A DNA stretch of 64,000 bases, taken from NCBI GenBank assembly GCA_037442185.1, contig JBBIQU010000001.1, positions 4,062 through 68,061 of the forward strand. Direction: 5' to 3'. The notes under the pieces are model-generated. The model saw only the letters and a list, made by a program, of their open reading frames with translations. It was not told the DNA's origin and did not search any database. A program made the position numbers and the translations under genes. Shown in pieces: positions 8,571 through 19,322 of the stretch. The DNA comes from Chthonomonadales bacterium. GTDB lineage: Bacteria > Armatimonadota > Chthonomonadetes > Chthonomonadales > CAJBBX01. Positions within the stretch are counted from its first letter, which is position 1, and every line of letters begins with the position of its first letter.

Positions 8571-11500
8571 CTCATGGCACAAGCGCTGAAGGGGTGTCGA
8601 ACGGCGGCCCGGTCCGACAGGCCAGCCCGGCCACCGAAGAGCGCACCGCCGACAAACTCACTGCGGAAGAGCTTGCGGCGGCGGGTCTGACGGATGTGGC
8701 CCGCGCCAGACGACTGCTGGTCGGGCTTGCCGGGCGGGGAGTGACCGACGAGGATGTCGCTCAGCTCCTGCCACACCTTCTGGATGCGCTCTCGGCTTCG
8801 CCGGACCCCGACCGAGCCCTGCTCAACTTCGTTCGCTGGACGGAGGCGATCGGCAACAAGACCACGCACTTCCGGTACTTGATTGGCCATCCGACCGCGC
8901 TGACGATCTACCTGAACGTCTGCGGAGTGAGTCAGTACTTCTCCGACATACTCGCACGGAACCCCGAGTATTTCGAGATCATGGCCAATCCCGGCGTTCG
9001 CTCCGGTTCGCGCCCTGCCGACATGATGTACCGCGAGCTGTCGGCGCTTGTTGACTGCATTGCGCAGCCCGAACTCAAGCTGGAGGCAATGCGCAGATTC
9101 CGCCATCGCGAGATGCTGCGCATCGGCGTCCGCGACATCATGGGCATATCGGACATGCCGACCACTGCGCGGGAGTTCTCGAACCTTGCCGATGCCTGCA
9201 TTCAGAAGTGCTATGCGCTCGCCCGTGAGGATGCAGCCGCCAGACTCACCGGGTCCAAGGGCGATTCGGGTGCGGCAGGGCTGCGCTTCGCCGTGATCGC
9301 GCTCGGGAAACTGGGAGGAGCCGAGCTCAACTACTCCAGCGACATAGACCTTGTTTTCGTATGTGACCTCATGCCCGGTTCGGACGAGGACCGCGGCATG
9401 CGGCTGGCCATGGCTATAGCCGAAGCCACAGTCAACTATCTGAGCAAGGAGATGCAGAACGGCCACCTCTTTCGCGTGGACATGAGACTGAGGCCCGAAG
9501 GCCGTTTCGGCGCGCTGGTCCGCACGCTCGCTTCCTATAAGAGCTACTACGAAAACTGGGCGGAAACGTGGGAACGCCAGGCGATGATCAAAGCGCGCCC
9601 TGTTGCCGGCGACGTGCAGCTTGGTCAGGAGTTCCTGCGTATCGTCGCTCCCCACGCGTTTCCAAGACGCATGTCTCACCAAGTCATCGCTGACATCAGG
9701 GAGAACAAGCGGCGGATCGAACGCCTTCAGAAAGCCAAGGGCGGCCCCATGGACGTCAAGCTGGGTCCGGGAGGCATTCGCGACATCGAGTTCACCGTCC
9801 AGTTCTTGCAGATGGAGAGGGGCGCCCATGACCCGCTCCTTCGAACCCCAAACACCCTACAGGCCATCGCCAGGCTAAGGCAAGCGCGCGCGCTCGGCGC
9901 CGCAGACGCGAGGCGACTGACCGATGCCTACGTGTTCTTGCGGAATGTCGAACACAGGCTGCAGCTGCTCTACGATCATCAGACCGAGAAGCTGCCGGCG
10001 ACTGAGCGAGACATCGGCCTCCTCGCGCGCCGTCTCGGCCTGACCGATGCCGATGAGTTCCGCCGGACGCTTGACGCGCACACCTCCGCCGTTCGCGAAA
10101 TCCACCTGCGCCTCTTCTGGCGTGACGAGAGCCCTACCGATTTCGCGGCTGCTGCCACGCCTGCCATGGCAGATCACGATCCCGGCATTGCCGAACGACG
10201 CCCTGCCGTCGAGACCTCCCCATTCTCCGGCGAGGACTTCCTCATTGAGCTGACGGCGCTCAACGACAATGAAGTTGACATCAAGCTTCAGACTCGCTTG
10301 GCAGCCGAGGGCTTCCGCGAACCGGAGAAGAGCGTGGCGGTACTCAGAGCCGCGCTCTACGGCACCTCGTACGGTCGCGAAGCCCCCGAGGCCGAGACGT
10401 CGTTCTTGAGGCTTGCACCGGCCCTTCTTGAGGCTTGCGCCCGCGTTGGCGACCCGGATGCCGCGCTGGCGGGCTTCGACCTCCTGAGCCAATCCAATCC
10501 CAACCGAGCGGAATGGTACGGCGCGCTGCAGGCCGCTCCCGAAGTGCTCCACCGCCTGGTGCGTCTTGCGTCGGGCAGTCGGTCGCTGATCCAGAGCCTC
10601 GCGAAACACCCCGCCTGGCTCGATCTGCTCTTCAGTGAGGAGATGCTCGATCCCGACGCCAAGCTCCGCGAGGTGACCGCGCGCGAGCTTGCGGGTCGCA
10701 TTCCGCCGACAGCCCGAGAGACTGACATTGAGGACGCGGCCCACTGGGATGCCGTCGCTCAATACGCCCACCGCGAGCGATTGCGCATTGGAGCGCGAGA
10801 CATCTGGGGCGAAGCCACACCCGCTACCATCGCCCTCGAGCTGACGTCCCTCGCGGAAGCGCTGGTGGAGGTCGTGCTGCATCGCTGCTGCATTGTTTCT
10901 GCTCGCAGGGCCGATCTCGATCCGGCTGAGGTGGAGCGCAGCATCGCCGTCATCGGATTCGGTAAGCTGGGCGGCCGTGAGCTGTCGTACACATCGGACC
11001 TCGATATCGCGTTCGTATGCGACGACAGCGTCTTCGAACTCGGCGACGAGCCGAATGGCCGCTCGGCAAGATACGCAGTGATGAACGAGATCGCCGAGAT
11101 GACGCTGAGCTGCGCGCGTATGCTGCATGCTCGCGATCTCCCATTCGTGCTGGACGCTCGCCTGAGGCCGGGCGGAAGGTTCGGACCCCTTGTGCAGTCG
11201 GTGTCGCAGTACCGCGCGTACTACACGAACGAAGCCGACACCTGGGAGCGGCAGGTGCTGATCAAGGCCAGGCACATTGCAGGATCGCCCGCTCTCGGCA
11301 GCCAATACATGGACGTGGTTCGCAACGCCGTCTACGGACAGCCCATCTCCGACGCCGACGCCGACGCAATCCGAGCCATGAAGCGTCGCATCGAGTCCGA
11401 ACGACTTCGAACGGAGGAGCGCCATACGAACCTGAAGCTCGGTCTGGGCGGCTTAAGCGACATCGAGTTCACTGCCCAGTTCTGGCAGATGCGGTGCGGA

Positions 11501-11842
11501 CACCAATACGAGTCGGTTCGCGTTCCGGGCACCGTTGAGGCCCTGAATGCCCTTGCCTCTGTAGGTGCATTGCCGCTGCCGGACGCTGCGCGCTTGATGG
11601 ACACCTACATGGCTCTCTCAAGCGTGCGCAACCGCCTCGCGCTACTCACGGGGCAACCGATGGACGTGTTTCCTCGAGATCAGCGGCGTGCCCGAGCTCT
11701 GGCCATTGAGCTCGGAACCACCGATGGCCCGGATGGGACCGCCGAGGACGCATTGCGTGCGACTGTGGCAGGACGGATGGAGGAGACCCGCCGAATCGTT
11801 GAGCGTCTGTTCTACGGTCGGCTTCGGCCGCGTGACAAATGA
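8567..11842 (+). CDS. glnE: Bifunctional glutamine synthetase adenylyltransferase/adenylyl-removing enzyme
   Basis: 1091-aa ORF. Its ATG overlaps the der stop (ATGA). It contains duplicated nucleotidyltransferase modules (GKLGGAELNYSSDIDLVFV and GKLGGRELSYTSDLDIAFV), each followed by a RLRP.GR.G motif. Confidence 0.9.
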   Translation: MTHGTSAEGVSNGGPVRQASPATEERTADKLTAEELAAAGLTDVARARRLLVGLAGRGVTDEDVAQLLPHLLDALSASPDPDRALLNFVRWTEAIGNKTTHFRYLIGHPTALTIYLNVCGVSQYFSDILARNPEYFEIMANPGVRSGSRPADMMYRELSALVDCIAQPELKLEAMRRFRHREMLRIGVRDIMGISDMPTTAREFSNLADACIQKCYALAREDAAARLTGSKGDSGAAGLRFAVIALGKLGGAELNYSSDIDLVFVCDLMPGSDEDRGMRLAMAIAEATVNYLSKEMQNGHLFRVDMRLRPEGRFGALVRTLASYKSYYENWAETWERQAMIKARPVAGDVQLGQEFLRIVAPHAFPRRMSHQVIADIRENKRRIERLQKAKGGPMDVKLGPGGIRDIEFTVQFLQMERGAHDPLLRTPNTLQAIARLRQARALGAADARRLTDAYVFLRNVEHRLQLLYDHQTEKLPATERDIGLLARRLGLTDADEFRRTLDAHTSAVREIHLRLFWRDESPTDFAAAATPAMADHDPGIAERRPAVETSPFSGEDFLIELTALNDNEVDIKLQTRLAAEGFREPEKSVAVLRAALYGTSYGREAPEAETSFLRLAPALLEACARVGDPDAALAGFDLLSQSNPNRAEWYGALQAAPEVLHRLVRLASGSRSLIQSLAKHPAWLDLLFSEEMLDPDAKLREVTARELAGRIPPTARETDIEDAAHWDAVAQYAHRERLRIGARDIWGEATPATIALELTSLAEALVEVVLHRCCIVSARRADLDPAEVERSIAVIGFGKLGGRELSYTSDLDIAFVCDDSVFELGDEPNGRSARYAVMNEIAEMTLSCARMLHARDLPFVLDARLRPGGRFGPLVQSVSQYRAYYTNEADTWERQVLIKARHIAGSPALGSQYMDVVRNAVYGQPISDADADAIRAMKRRIESERLRTEERHTNLKLGLGGLSDIEFTAQFWQMRCGHQYESVRVPGTVEALNALASVGALPLPDAARLMDTYMALSSVRNRLALLTGQPMDVFPRDQRRARALAIELGTTDGPDGTAEDALRATVAGRMEETRRIVERLFYGRLRPRDK

Positions 11843-12034
11843 CATGGCCCGAGGGGCATGGCGATACCAAAGAGAGACGGGCGATTGCGCAGGACCTGGG
11901 GTGAGGTACACGGCGGTACCAAAGAGCGACAGGCGATTGCGCAGGACCTGGCCCGAGGTGCACGGCGATACCGCACGACCTGGGGCGAGGAGAATGGCGG
12001 TACCGTACGACCTGGCCCGCCGGACCAGGCTACC
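11841..12034. repeat. Alternating tandem repeat: five ~28-nt units (gacctggSSYgagg-N5-ggcgRtacc) with 24-nt or 4-nt linkers
   Basis: Units lie at 11841-11868, 11893-11920, 11945-11972, 11977-12004 and 12009-12034. Odd units carry tggcccg..ggcgatacc and even units carry tggggYgagg..ggcggtacc. The first two linkers are near-identical 24-mers (aaagagMgacRggcgattgcgcag); the later linkers are only 4 nt. Confidence 0.85.
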
Positions 12035-12081
12035 ATCCGCCGCCCCTTCAGGGCCAGGACGAAGGCATTGCGGTGGGTACC

Positions 12082-12103
12082 GTAGCGCAGGCGTCTCGCC
12101 TGC
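12082..12103. repeat. REP-like palindromic element copy 1 (gtagcgcaggcgtctcgcctgc)
   Basis: Exact 22-mer containing the 7-bp inverted repeat gcaggcg/cgcctgc around a 3-nt loop. Intergenic, between glnE and plsY. Confidence 0.85.
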
Positions 12104-12120
12104 AACGAATGTGTTGATTC

Positions 12121-12142
12121 GTAGCGCAGGCGTCTCGCCTGC
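12121..12142. repeat. REP-like palindromic element copy 2
   Basis: Identical 22-mer 39 nt downstream of copy 1, in the same orientation. Confidence 0.85.
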
Positions 12143-12161
12143 ATCAGACGATTGACGCAAT

Positions 12162-12770
12162 ATGAGCGAGTGGCTAACGATCATTGCCAGTTACGTGGTT
12201 GGCGGCATTCCGTTCGGACTGCTTGTGGCTCGTTGGGTCGCGGGCATTGATGTGCGCTTGCACGGCAGCGGGAACATCGGGGCCACGAACGTATATCGCG
12301 TCGTCGGGTGGCGCGCGGGGATAATGGTGTGGCTTCTGGATGTGGGCAAGGGCCTTGCCCCCGTCCTTGCGGCACGCGCGATCGCCCTCGGCACCGAATG
12401 GCAGATAGCGGCGGGGCTCGCGGCCGTGGTCGGCCACAGCTTCTCCCCGTTCCTCAAGTTCCGAGGAGGCAAGGGCGCGGCGACGAGCTTTGGGGTGATG
12501 CTTGGCGTCATGTGGCCTGTCGGGGTGATTGCGCTTGCGGTCTGGGCTGTGGTCATCGGCCTGACGGGATACGTATCGCTCGGTACGATCATCGGAGCCG
12601 TCTCGCTCACTCCGTCCACGCTGCTGATCTACCCGGGTGATCGAGCCAGGCTGGCCTTCGCAGTCGGAGCAGCGCTGCTGACGATAGCCAGGCACAGAAG
12701 CAACATACGCCGGCTTATTGACGGGACCGAAAGCCGGTTTCGTCGTGGCGGGAAGGAGCCACGCGAGTGA
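12162..12770 (+). CDS. plsY: Glycerol-3-phosphate acyltransferase PlsY
   Basis: 202-aa polytopic protein with GSGNIGATNVYRV and DVGKG motifs typical of PlsY. Confidence 0.9.
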   Translation: MSEWLTIIASYVVGGIPFGLLVARWVAGIDVRLHGSGNIGATNVYRVVGWRAGIMVWLLDVGKGLAPVLAARAIALGTEWQIAAGLAAVVGHSFSPFLKFRGGKGAATSFGVMLGVMWPVGVIALAVWAVVIGLTGYVSLGTIIGAVSLTPSTLLIYPGDRARLAFAVGAALLTIARHRSNIRRLIDGTESRFRRGGKEPRE

Positions 12771-15700
12771 CGTTCGCGGATAGGAGTGGGGCGTCGGCGA
12801 CACGCGTTGCCATGGCGGCGGCGAGTCTCCTGACCGTCGCGCTCCTGTGGCTCACCGTCCGCGGGGCGCCGCAGGCACCGGTCGTCAGCGCTGCCGAACC
12901 GACCGGAATCTCCTTTGACGCCCGGCCGGCCCGCTATGTGAGACTGGTCATCCTGAAGACGTCAACGTCCGAGCCCTGCATGGACGAGATCGAAGTCTAT
13001 GCCGGCGAAGACAGCCGCAATCATGCTTTGGCAGCCAATGGAGGCGTGGCCTCGGCTTCCTCGTGCATAGCGGGCTACGCGAGCCACCGGATCGCTCACC
13101 TGAACGACGGCAAGTACGGCAACGCCCGTAGCTGGATCGCGGCGAGCGCTTCGGAAGGTGAATGGGCTCAGATCGCTCTGCCCGAGGTCGTCGCCGTTGA
13201 CCGCGTCGTCTTCTCGCGCGACCGCAAGGGGCAATACGCCGACCGAGTTCCCCTGTGGATCAATGTGCTCACATCGCTCGACGGGACATCCTGGGAAACG
13301 GCCGCTGAGTTACGAGGCATCCTCGCCCCGCCGGGCGTCAGTTCGTCCGGTCGCATCATCGCTATCCGTCAGGAGCATGCACGTTACGTCCGGGTTTCCA
13401 TCCTTGGGACCGACAACGCCGCGCCGCCTGCCCTCGCCGGCATTCGCGTATTCGGACCTGAGCCGGGTCTCGACCTTGCGTCGCCCGGATCGGGCGGTCG
13501 CGTCATGGCATCATCCGAGCGCGACGCAGCGTCCCACCTGAACGATGCCGATCCGGCCACATGCTGGACCGCCGCTGATCCGGACCGACAGTGGGTTGCG
13601 GTCGCGCTGAAGGATCGGCTTGAGGTCAATCGCATCGAGTTGGAGCGCGCCCGAGGCGACGCGACACGCGGGTTCCCGGTGGTTTTCTCTGTGGACATAT
13701 CGCTGGACGGGCGCCGATGGAAGACCGTGGCGCGAGAAGGCTGGCCGGCGTTGCCCCCGCCTCCGCCGCCTGCGTCTTCGAGCATCGCAGCCGTCGCCGA
13801 CGGCGACCGAGTGCCGCGTTACGACGCTTTGGGCTACCCGAATCTCGCGCTGGAAGCCGACGCCAGAGCATCCGCATCGGGCGTCATCGCGGGCCATCCG
13901 GACATTCATGCCGTCGCCCACCTCAACGACGGGCTCTACGGCAACTCGCACTCATGGATCGCGGACTCTTTGCCGGCATGGGTCCAGCTTGACTTCGACA
14001 AGCCGCGCTGGGTCTACCGGGTGGCGTTCGGCAGCGATCGAACCTCGGGCTACCGCGACCGCGTCCCGACGCGCTGGCAGATCCTCGCGGACATGGAGAG
14101 CCGCGACGGTCATGCGGCCAGCTCCAGCCGGCGGGTCGCGATCGGCGGCTCTTCTCTGGACGCCTCGGTGCGTGTCGAGCACGTATTCCGACCTGTATGG
14201 ATGAAGCGCATTCGCGTTGAGATCAGGGCGTCCCGCGACGGCGTCTGCCGTCTTGATGAGCTGGAGGTCTACGGGTCGCCGGTCGCGATCTCAACGGACG
14301 CCATTGGCGAGTTCTCCGAGTGGCCCGAGCGTGAGACTGCCGATGACGAAGTGGTCCATAAGGCGTTTGTCGCTGAGGAAGTGGCGTGGTTGAAGACCTT
14401 CGGACGCGCCGACCTCGACGCTGGCCTCACTGAGTATGTTCGCGTCTGGCAGTATCCCGAGCACGCGCCCGACGACGACCTGCCCCTGCCTGAAGTCCCG
14501 ACGCCTCCGAGGATTGACGGCGTGCCGGATGACGCTTGCTGGCAGCGCGCCAGCACAGGCGTTGTAAGGGTCGTGGCTCCGAGCGTGATTCGACAGAATC
14601 CCCTCGTACGCCAGCGCATCAGCGCATGCACGTCGCACGGCCTGCTGTACCTCGCCCTTGACGTTGACCGCACGCTCAGCTCGCATGTGGCGGTCATCTC
14701 TTCGGGTGATTGGTCCGACGCTGCGGTTATCGCCGCGCGCGATGACGGACTCCGCCTCCTCCGTTACCGCCAGGGAGACGGCGGCCGGCTTGAGGTCGCG
14801 CGCGACATACCGATCGAGTCCGCGGGGAACCTCGCGGCCGGGACCGTGGAGCTGAGTCTACCCCTTGCGGAGTTCCGCCGGGCTGAGACCTATGGCATCC
14901 GTGTCGGTCTCGGTCTCGGCGGGCGCCACACGTCGGGCCTGGGCAGACCCGTTACGTTCCGCACGTCACAGCTTGGCATTGCCGAAACGGCATCGAGCGA
15001 CCGACGCCTGTTCGCAGTCCGATTGGCCTCCGGCACCAGTGAGACGTCGGTCCGACTGGCAGCGACAGGCGTACCCGACCAGGTAGTGAGCCTTGGCCCT
15101 GGCGAGGTTCGAACGGTGACGATCCCGGCAGTCCCTGGCCCGATCGGGCCCGAGCAGGATGTTCGTATCGAAGAGGGACCGGGCCGCCAATGGCGTCTGA
15201 ACCTATTTGAGTATGACCCTCTCCACCGCACGATGTATCTCATGGCCGCCATGCTCGATCGGCTGGAGAAGGAAGGCGTTAGCGTCGCGAATGAGCGTCG
15301 TCTCTATGCGGAACTTGCCCGCAGGTCCGCCCGATCGGCCGTTACGGACGCAGAGCGGCGCGATCTGTACGTTCAGGCACGCTTGGCGAAGCGCGCCTTG
15401 ATGATGCGGGCTCCGGCGCTCGCAGCTGCGCGACGTGTCCTGTGTGTTCGCAGGCATCCCTATATGCCCAGCCACAACTACAGCGACCTACTCGACGCAA
15501 CGGGAGCTCCGGGCGGCAGCGTGTCGCTTGTCGAGTTCCCGTACGAAGGCGGCGCCATCCAGCCTGATAAGGCCACGGCCAGAAAGCTGTTCGATGCGGC
15601 GAACGGCGTTGTCCGCGATGCCTCGGCATCTTACGATCTCACAAGCGTATACTTCGCGTACAGGAGTGAGCCGAACGGGTACTTCCACCTTATGCAGGTC

Positions 15701-17323
15701 CGGCCCGACGGCACGTCTCCGCGTGCGTTGACCTCGGGTCCGTTCCACGACCTCTATCCCACTCCTCTGCCCGACGGCGGCCTCGCCTTCATCAGCACCC
15801 GATGTCGGGCTCGATACCTTTGCTGGCGACCGCAGGCTTACGTGCTGTTCCGTCTTGACGGCAAGGACATCGAGCCACTTTCTTACGCCAACCTGAGCGA
15901 GTGGGCGCCGAGCGTCATGCGCGATGGCCGCATCCTATGGACCCGGTCGGAGTATCAGGACAAAGGGGCCGATTTCAGCCATACCCTCTGGTCGGTTCGA
16001 CCTGACGGGTCGCACGCGGACCTTGTCTTCGGCAACACCCTGATCCAGCCCAACGGCTACACGGGGGCGCATGAAGTCCCCGGCACGAACGAGATCGTAT
16101 GCACGCTGATATCCCACTTCGGCGACCTGAACGGTCCGATCGTGCTCATAGACCCGGCACGAGGCAGATTCGACCCGCTGGCGATCCGGAGTCTCACGCC
16201 TGAGGTCCCGTGGCCCGGCGCTCCGCCATCCGAAGAATGCTTCCGTGATCCGACGCCGCTCTCGCGCGACTACTTCCTCTGTTCGCATGCGACCGGCCGG
16301 AAGTTCGATGCCTACGTCATTGACCGATTCGGCAACCGTGAGTTGCTCTACGCCGATCCCGACATATCGGTCATGTGCCCAACGCCGTTCGTGCGCCGCG
16401 TACCGCCGTCCACGCTGGCTCGAACGGCCACACCTCCGGCAGGAACCACGTCGGGCGAGGGCGAGTTCATCGTGGCTGACGTCTACGCCGGGCTTGGACC
16501 GAAGGTGCGCCGTGGGGACGTCAAGTGGATCCGGATCTCGCAGGAAGTGCGAGCCGATCTGGAACCGGTGCCCGGAGGATACCGGGCCGACCATCCCGAC
16601 TTCGAGGATTGGTACGCGACGCCGGTACACCTCGTCAACGGCCCGTTCGGATGGCCCAGCTATGTGGCAAAGGCGTCGTGGGGGCTCGTGCCGGTCGCAC
16701 CTGATGGGTCGGCGCGCTTCAAGGCGCCCGCGGGGAAGGCGCTCTACTTCTCGGTCCTCGACGTCAACTACGACGAAGTGCAGCGGATGCGGAGCGTTGT
16801 CCAGCTTGCGCCCGGCGAGCGTCGCGGCTGCATCGGGTGCCACGAACCACGCCGCAACGCGCCCCGAGTGGGAGTTCGGCCGCGCCTGAGTCGTCCGGGC
16901 CGAGTCGTCCGGCATCCCTGGGACGGCCGCCCATTCTCATTCGAGCGGGATGTTCAGCCGGTATTGGATCGGCGCTGTGCCGGCTGCCACGACTCCAGGC
17001 ATGAATCCGGCGTGGACCTTCGCGGAACTCCGGGCGACGACAAGGTTCCGATGTCCTACCGCACGCTAATAGGCCAAGGGCTAGTACACTATTTCGACTG
17101 GAGCTACAATCCCGGCGGCAATGAGAAGGCCGAACCGCTCACATTCGGAAGCCGCCGAAGCAAACTCATGCACCTGATACGGTCGGGGCATCACGGCGTG
17201 CGCATGACAGCTTCAGACGCGCTTCGCATCAAGACCTGGGTGGACCTGAACTGCCCGCTCTGGCCCGACTACGTACACCGGCCTGACAGGGCAGCGGCGA
17301 TGCCGCCGGTCCATCGTGACTGA
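12767..17323 (+). CDS. Large secreted multidomain protein: repeated F5/8 type C (discoidin)-like domains, TolB/PD40-like beta-propeller region, C-terminal region with two CxxCH motifs
   Basis: 1518-aa ORF whose GTG overlaps the plsY stop (GTGA). It has an N-terminal hydrophobic anchor. Repeated ..HLNDG.YGN..SWIA..W.Q.. blocks look discoidin-like. [21 protein letters not shown] and [10 protein letters not shown] look like PD40 blades. CIGCH is at 16829-16843 and CAGCH at 16976-16990. Confidence 0.75.
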   Translation: MTFADRSGASATRVAMAAASLLTVALLWLTVRGAPQAPVVSAAEPTGISFDARPARYVRLVILKTSTSEPCMDEIEVYAGEDSRNHALAANGGVASASSCIAGYASHRIAHLNDGKYGNARSWIAASASEGEWAQIALPEVVAVDRVVFSRDRKGQYADRVPLWINVLTSLDGTSWETAAELRGILAPPGVSSSGRIIAIRQEHARYVRVSILGTDNAAPPALAGIRVFGPEPGLDLASPGSGGRVMASSERDAASHLNDADPATCWTAADPDRQWVAVALKDRLEVNRIELERARGDATRGFPVVFSVDISLDGRRWKTVAREGWPALPPPPPPASSSIAAVADGDRVPRYDALGYPNLALEADARASASGVIAGHPDIHAVAHLNDGLYGNSHSWIADSLPAWVQLDFDKPRWVYRVAFGSDRTSGYRDRVPTRWQILADMESRDGHAASSSRRVAIGGSSLDASVRVEHVFRPVWMKRIRVEIRASRDGVCRLDELEVYGSPVAISTDAIGEFSEWPERETADDEVVHKAFVAEEVAWLKTFGRADLDAGLTEYVRVWQYPEHAPDDDLPLPEVPTPPRIDGVPDDACWQRASTGVVRVVAPSVIRQNPLVRQRISACTSHGLLYLALDVDRTLSSHVAVISSGDWSDAAVIAARDDGLRLLRYRQGDGGRLEVARDIPIESAGNLAAGTVELSLPLAEFRRAETYGIRVGLGLGGRHTSGLGRPVTFRTSQLGIAETASSDRRLFAVRLASGTSETSVRLAATGVPDQVVSLGPGEVRTVTIPAVPGPIGPEQDVRIEEGPGRQWRLNLFEYDPLHRTMYLMAAMLDRLEKEGVSVANERRLYAELARRSARSAVTDAERRDLYVQARLAKRALMMRAPALAAARRVLCVRRHPYMPSHNYSDLLDATGAPGGSVSLVEFPYEGGAIQPDKATARKLFDAANGVVRDASASYDLTSVYFAYRSEPNGYFHLMQVRPDGTSPRALTSGPFHDLYPTPLPDGGLAFISTRCRARYLCWRPQAYVLFRLDGKDIEPLSYANLSEWAPSVMRDGRILWTRSEYQDKGADFSHTLWSVRPDGSHADLVFGNTLIQPNGYTGAHEVPGTNEIVCTLISHFGDLNGPIVLIDPARGRFDPLAIRSLTPEVPWPGAPPSEECFRDPTPLSRDYFLCSHATGRKFDAYVIDRFGNRELLYADPDISVMCPTPFVRRVPPSTLARTATPPAGTTSGEGEFIVADVYAGLGPKVRRGDVKWIRISQEVRADLEPVPGGYRADHPDFEDWYATPVHLVNGPFGWPSYVAKASWGLVPVAPDGSARFKAPAGKALYFSVLDVNYDEVQRMRSVVQLAPGERRGCIGCHEPRRNAPRVGVRPRLSRPGRVVRHPWDGRPFSFERDVQPVLDRRCAGCHDSRHESGVDLRGTPGDDKVPMSYRTLIGQGLVHYFDWSYNPGGNEKAEPLTFGSRRSKLMHLIRSGHHGVRMTASDALRIKTWVDLNCPLWPDYVHRPDRAAAMPPVHRD

Positions 17324-17367
17324 CCAAGGGCCGTCCTATCAAGGGCGCGCACAAGAGGGAGACACTC

Positions 17368-18138
17368 ATGACTGACCAACGCAGCACAAGGGCTTTCACA
17401 TTGATTGAGCTGCTCGTTGTTATCGCGATCATCGCAATCCTTGCCGCCATCCTCTTCCCGGTCTTCGCACAGGCAAGAGAGAAGGCGCGAAGCTCAGCCT
17501 GTCTTTCCAACGCCAAGCAGCTGGCTCTGGCAACGCTGATGTACGTCCAGGACAACGATGAGTTGTTCCCGCAGAGCGTCTACAGCATGGACACGCCCAT
17601 CCTCATGCCCGGGACCAACGCGCGCGTGTTCACTCTCTACGATGCCGTCATGCCGTACATCAAGAACATAGACATCTTCGTGTGCCCGTCCAACAGGCCC
17701 GGCATTGACTTTGCCGCCATCCTGACACCCATGGGTCTGCGCACGAGCGGGTTGTTTCGATATGCTTCCTACGGTATGAACTTTGCCGTGTTCCAGGACC
17801 CCTCATTGCCGCCCGATCTGTTCGAGCAGGACCCGGTGACGCCGCTCGCGGCCGTAGTCGAGCCGGTCAACACGACTCTGTTTTTCGATTCGAAGTACAC
17901 CCCGTACGGCGGCGCTCCAGCCTATCCCGAGTGCCCCTCGCCGACGGAGGGCTTCGGCTGGACCAATATGTCGGGCGACGTTCGACACAGCGAGGGCTTC
18001 AACATCAACTTCGCGGATGGCCACAGCAAGTACTACCCGCGGCGCGGCACCATACCCGGCATCTCGACGGGAGGCGTGCCGACCTACACTCTGCCATGCG
18101 ACCTGTCGGGCATCCCCGGCGGAACGCCTGACACATAG
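17368..18138 (+). CDS. Prepilin-type N-terminal cleavage/methylation domain protein with H-X9-DG (DUF1559-like) domain
   Basis: The N-terminus has the class III signal motif [25 protein letters not shown]. The C-terminus has [14 protein letters not shown], an exact H-X9-DG spacing. An AGGGAG SD precedes the start. Confidence 0.85.
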   Translation: MTDQRSTRAFTLIELLVVIAIIAILAAILFPVFAQAREKARSSACLSNAKQLALATLMYVQDNDELFPQSVYSMDTPILMPGTNARVFTLYDAVMPYIKNIDIFVCPSNRPGIDFAAILTPMGLRTSGLFRYASYGMNFAVFQDPSLPPDLFEQDPVTPLAAVVEPVNTTLFFDSKYTPYGGAPAYPECPSPTEGFGWTNMSGDVRHSEGFNINFADGHSKYYPRRGTIPGISTGGVPTYTLPCDLSGIPGGTPDT

Positions 18139-18222
18139 CCCTTCGCCACCAGGGGCCGGTCACAAACGGCCCTTAGCCCTGAGGGGGCGTCACAAGGACA
18201 TCCGGCGCCGTATACGGGTCTC

Positions 18223-19164
18223 TTACTGTGCGCCCCCGACACCCGCGAACAACTCCCGCACACGCTCGCCGCTCAGCCGCATTGCGCGCTCGCTCTCCAT
18301 CGTTCGCGGCGAGCCTTGCTCAACCGCCTGCTCCAGAACTATGTGCGGACGTACTCCGAGTCGCTTGAACTCGCCCACGAGCCGGCCGTAGTCGAGGTCG
18401 CCGTCGCCGAAAACCTCCGACCAGACCCCGCCGGATGATTGCCGAACGTGGACTTCCACGATCCGGCGACCGTACAGTCGCACCACATCGAACATCGCGA
18501 CTTGCGAGTTCCCCGATCCCCTATAGATCCAATGCGGGTCCAGGCACAGCTTGACGTACCTGGGATCCGTTCCCGTCATCATATGGTGGAGTTCCCGGGC
18601 TGCCTGCCGGAGCTCGATGTCATGGTTGTGGTAAGCCAGAGTCACCCCAAGCTTGAGCAAAGCCTTGCCCAAACGGTTCAGCGCTTGCGCCTGCCGTTCC
18701 AGCTCGTCATCGTTCTTGTCCTGCGTACCGCCCCATTGAATGGGGTTCGGATTGGTCACGATGATCCGGTTGCCGTATGCGCGCGCTCGTTCCGCGATCG
18801 CGAGGACGCGCGACGTGCTTCTCTCAACTTCGTCCGGCCTGTGAAGGGTGGTGTTCACGTACGCGGAACGCATCTCCAGACCGGCCGCCTTGACCGCGGC
18901 GCCGATTCGTTCGGCGTCCTCCGGTGTCTCGAGGATGGGCTCGAGTCCATCCAGCCCTGCTGCCTTGACGGCGTTCAGATCGGTTGCCCGGGTCATATCG
19001 AACGCACGCCCCTCACGAGCGTAGTAGACCTGCCATGAATACACGTTGGAGGCTATGTGGAGGCGGCCTGCCCCCGACGATAGGGCGGCAATGCCGCCGG
19101 ACCCGAGTATCGCCGCGCCAAGCCCGGCCGCCATCGCCATTCCATGTGACATGCTTGATGCCAA
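18223..19164 (-). CDS. Sugar phosphate isomerase/epimerase (xylose isomerase-like TIM barrel), probably exported
   Basis: 313-aa ORF with a hydrophobic, signal-like N-terminus (AMAAGLGAAILGSGGIAA). LAYHNHDIEL and VHVRQ motifs are typical of AP-endonuclease-2/xylose-isomerase-like TIM barrels. Confidence 0.65.
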   Translation of the reverse strand: MASSMSHGMAMAAGLGAAILGSGGIAALSSGAGRLHIASNVYSWQVYYAREGRAFDMTRATDLNAVKAAGLDGLEPILETPEDAERIGAAVKAAGLEMRSAYVNTTLHRPDEVERSTSRVLAIAERARAYGNRIIVTNPNPIQWGGTQDKNDDELERQAQALNRLGKALLKLGVTLAYHNHDIELRQAARELHHMMTGTDPRYVKLCLDPHWIYRGSGNSQVAMFDVVRLYGRRIVEVHVRQSSGGVWSEVFGDGDLDYGRLVGEFKRLGVRPHIVLEQAVEQGSPRTMESERAMRLSGERVRELFAGVGGAQ

Positions 19165-19322
19165 ACCCTGTGTCCTCCCCGGATAACGCTTGACGTTCTT
19201 CGTCCTGTGCTGTCTCCATTATCCCATGTCACGGATTGCGTGACGCCGGTTGACGCAAAGGAACGGGCAGAGTATCATGCGCAGGGTGCGCCCACGACAC
19301 CATCCCAATTCGGAGGATCAAC

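Noticed and set aside
9875-11425. 516-aa minus-strand ORF and 8426..9829 (467 aa), both antisense to glnE. Also 6776..7888 and 5961..7100, antisense to der and chaN.
   Set aside because: They overlap confidently identified genes completely, and their products have no recognisable motifs.
11841-12142. Possible CRISPR array in the glnE-plsY spacer.
   Set aside because: The repeats are contiguous or separated by conserved linkers rather than unique spacers, the unit lengths vary, and no cas genes are nearby. It is better described as a tandem repeat plus REP hairpins.
11642-12184. Minus-strand ORFs 11642..12184, 11646..11963 and 11812..12144, whose translations contain repeated peptides (PGPAQSPV.LWYR, AGETPALR).
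   Set aside because: The peptide repetition only mirrors the DNA repeats. The ORFs overlap the glnE 3' end and the plsY 5' end and lack SD sequences.
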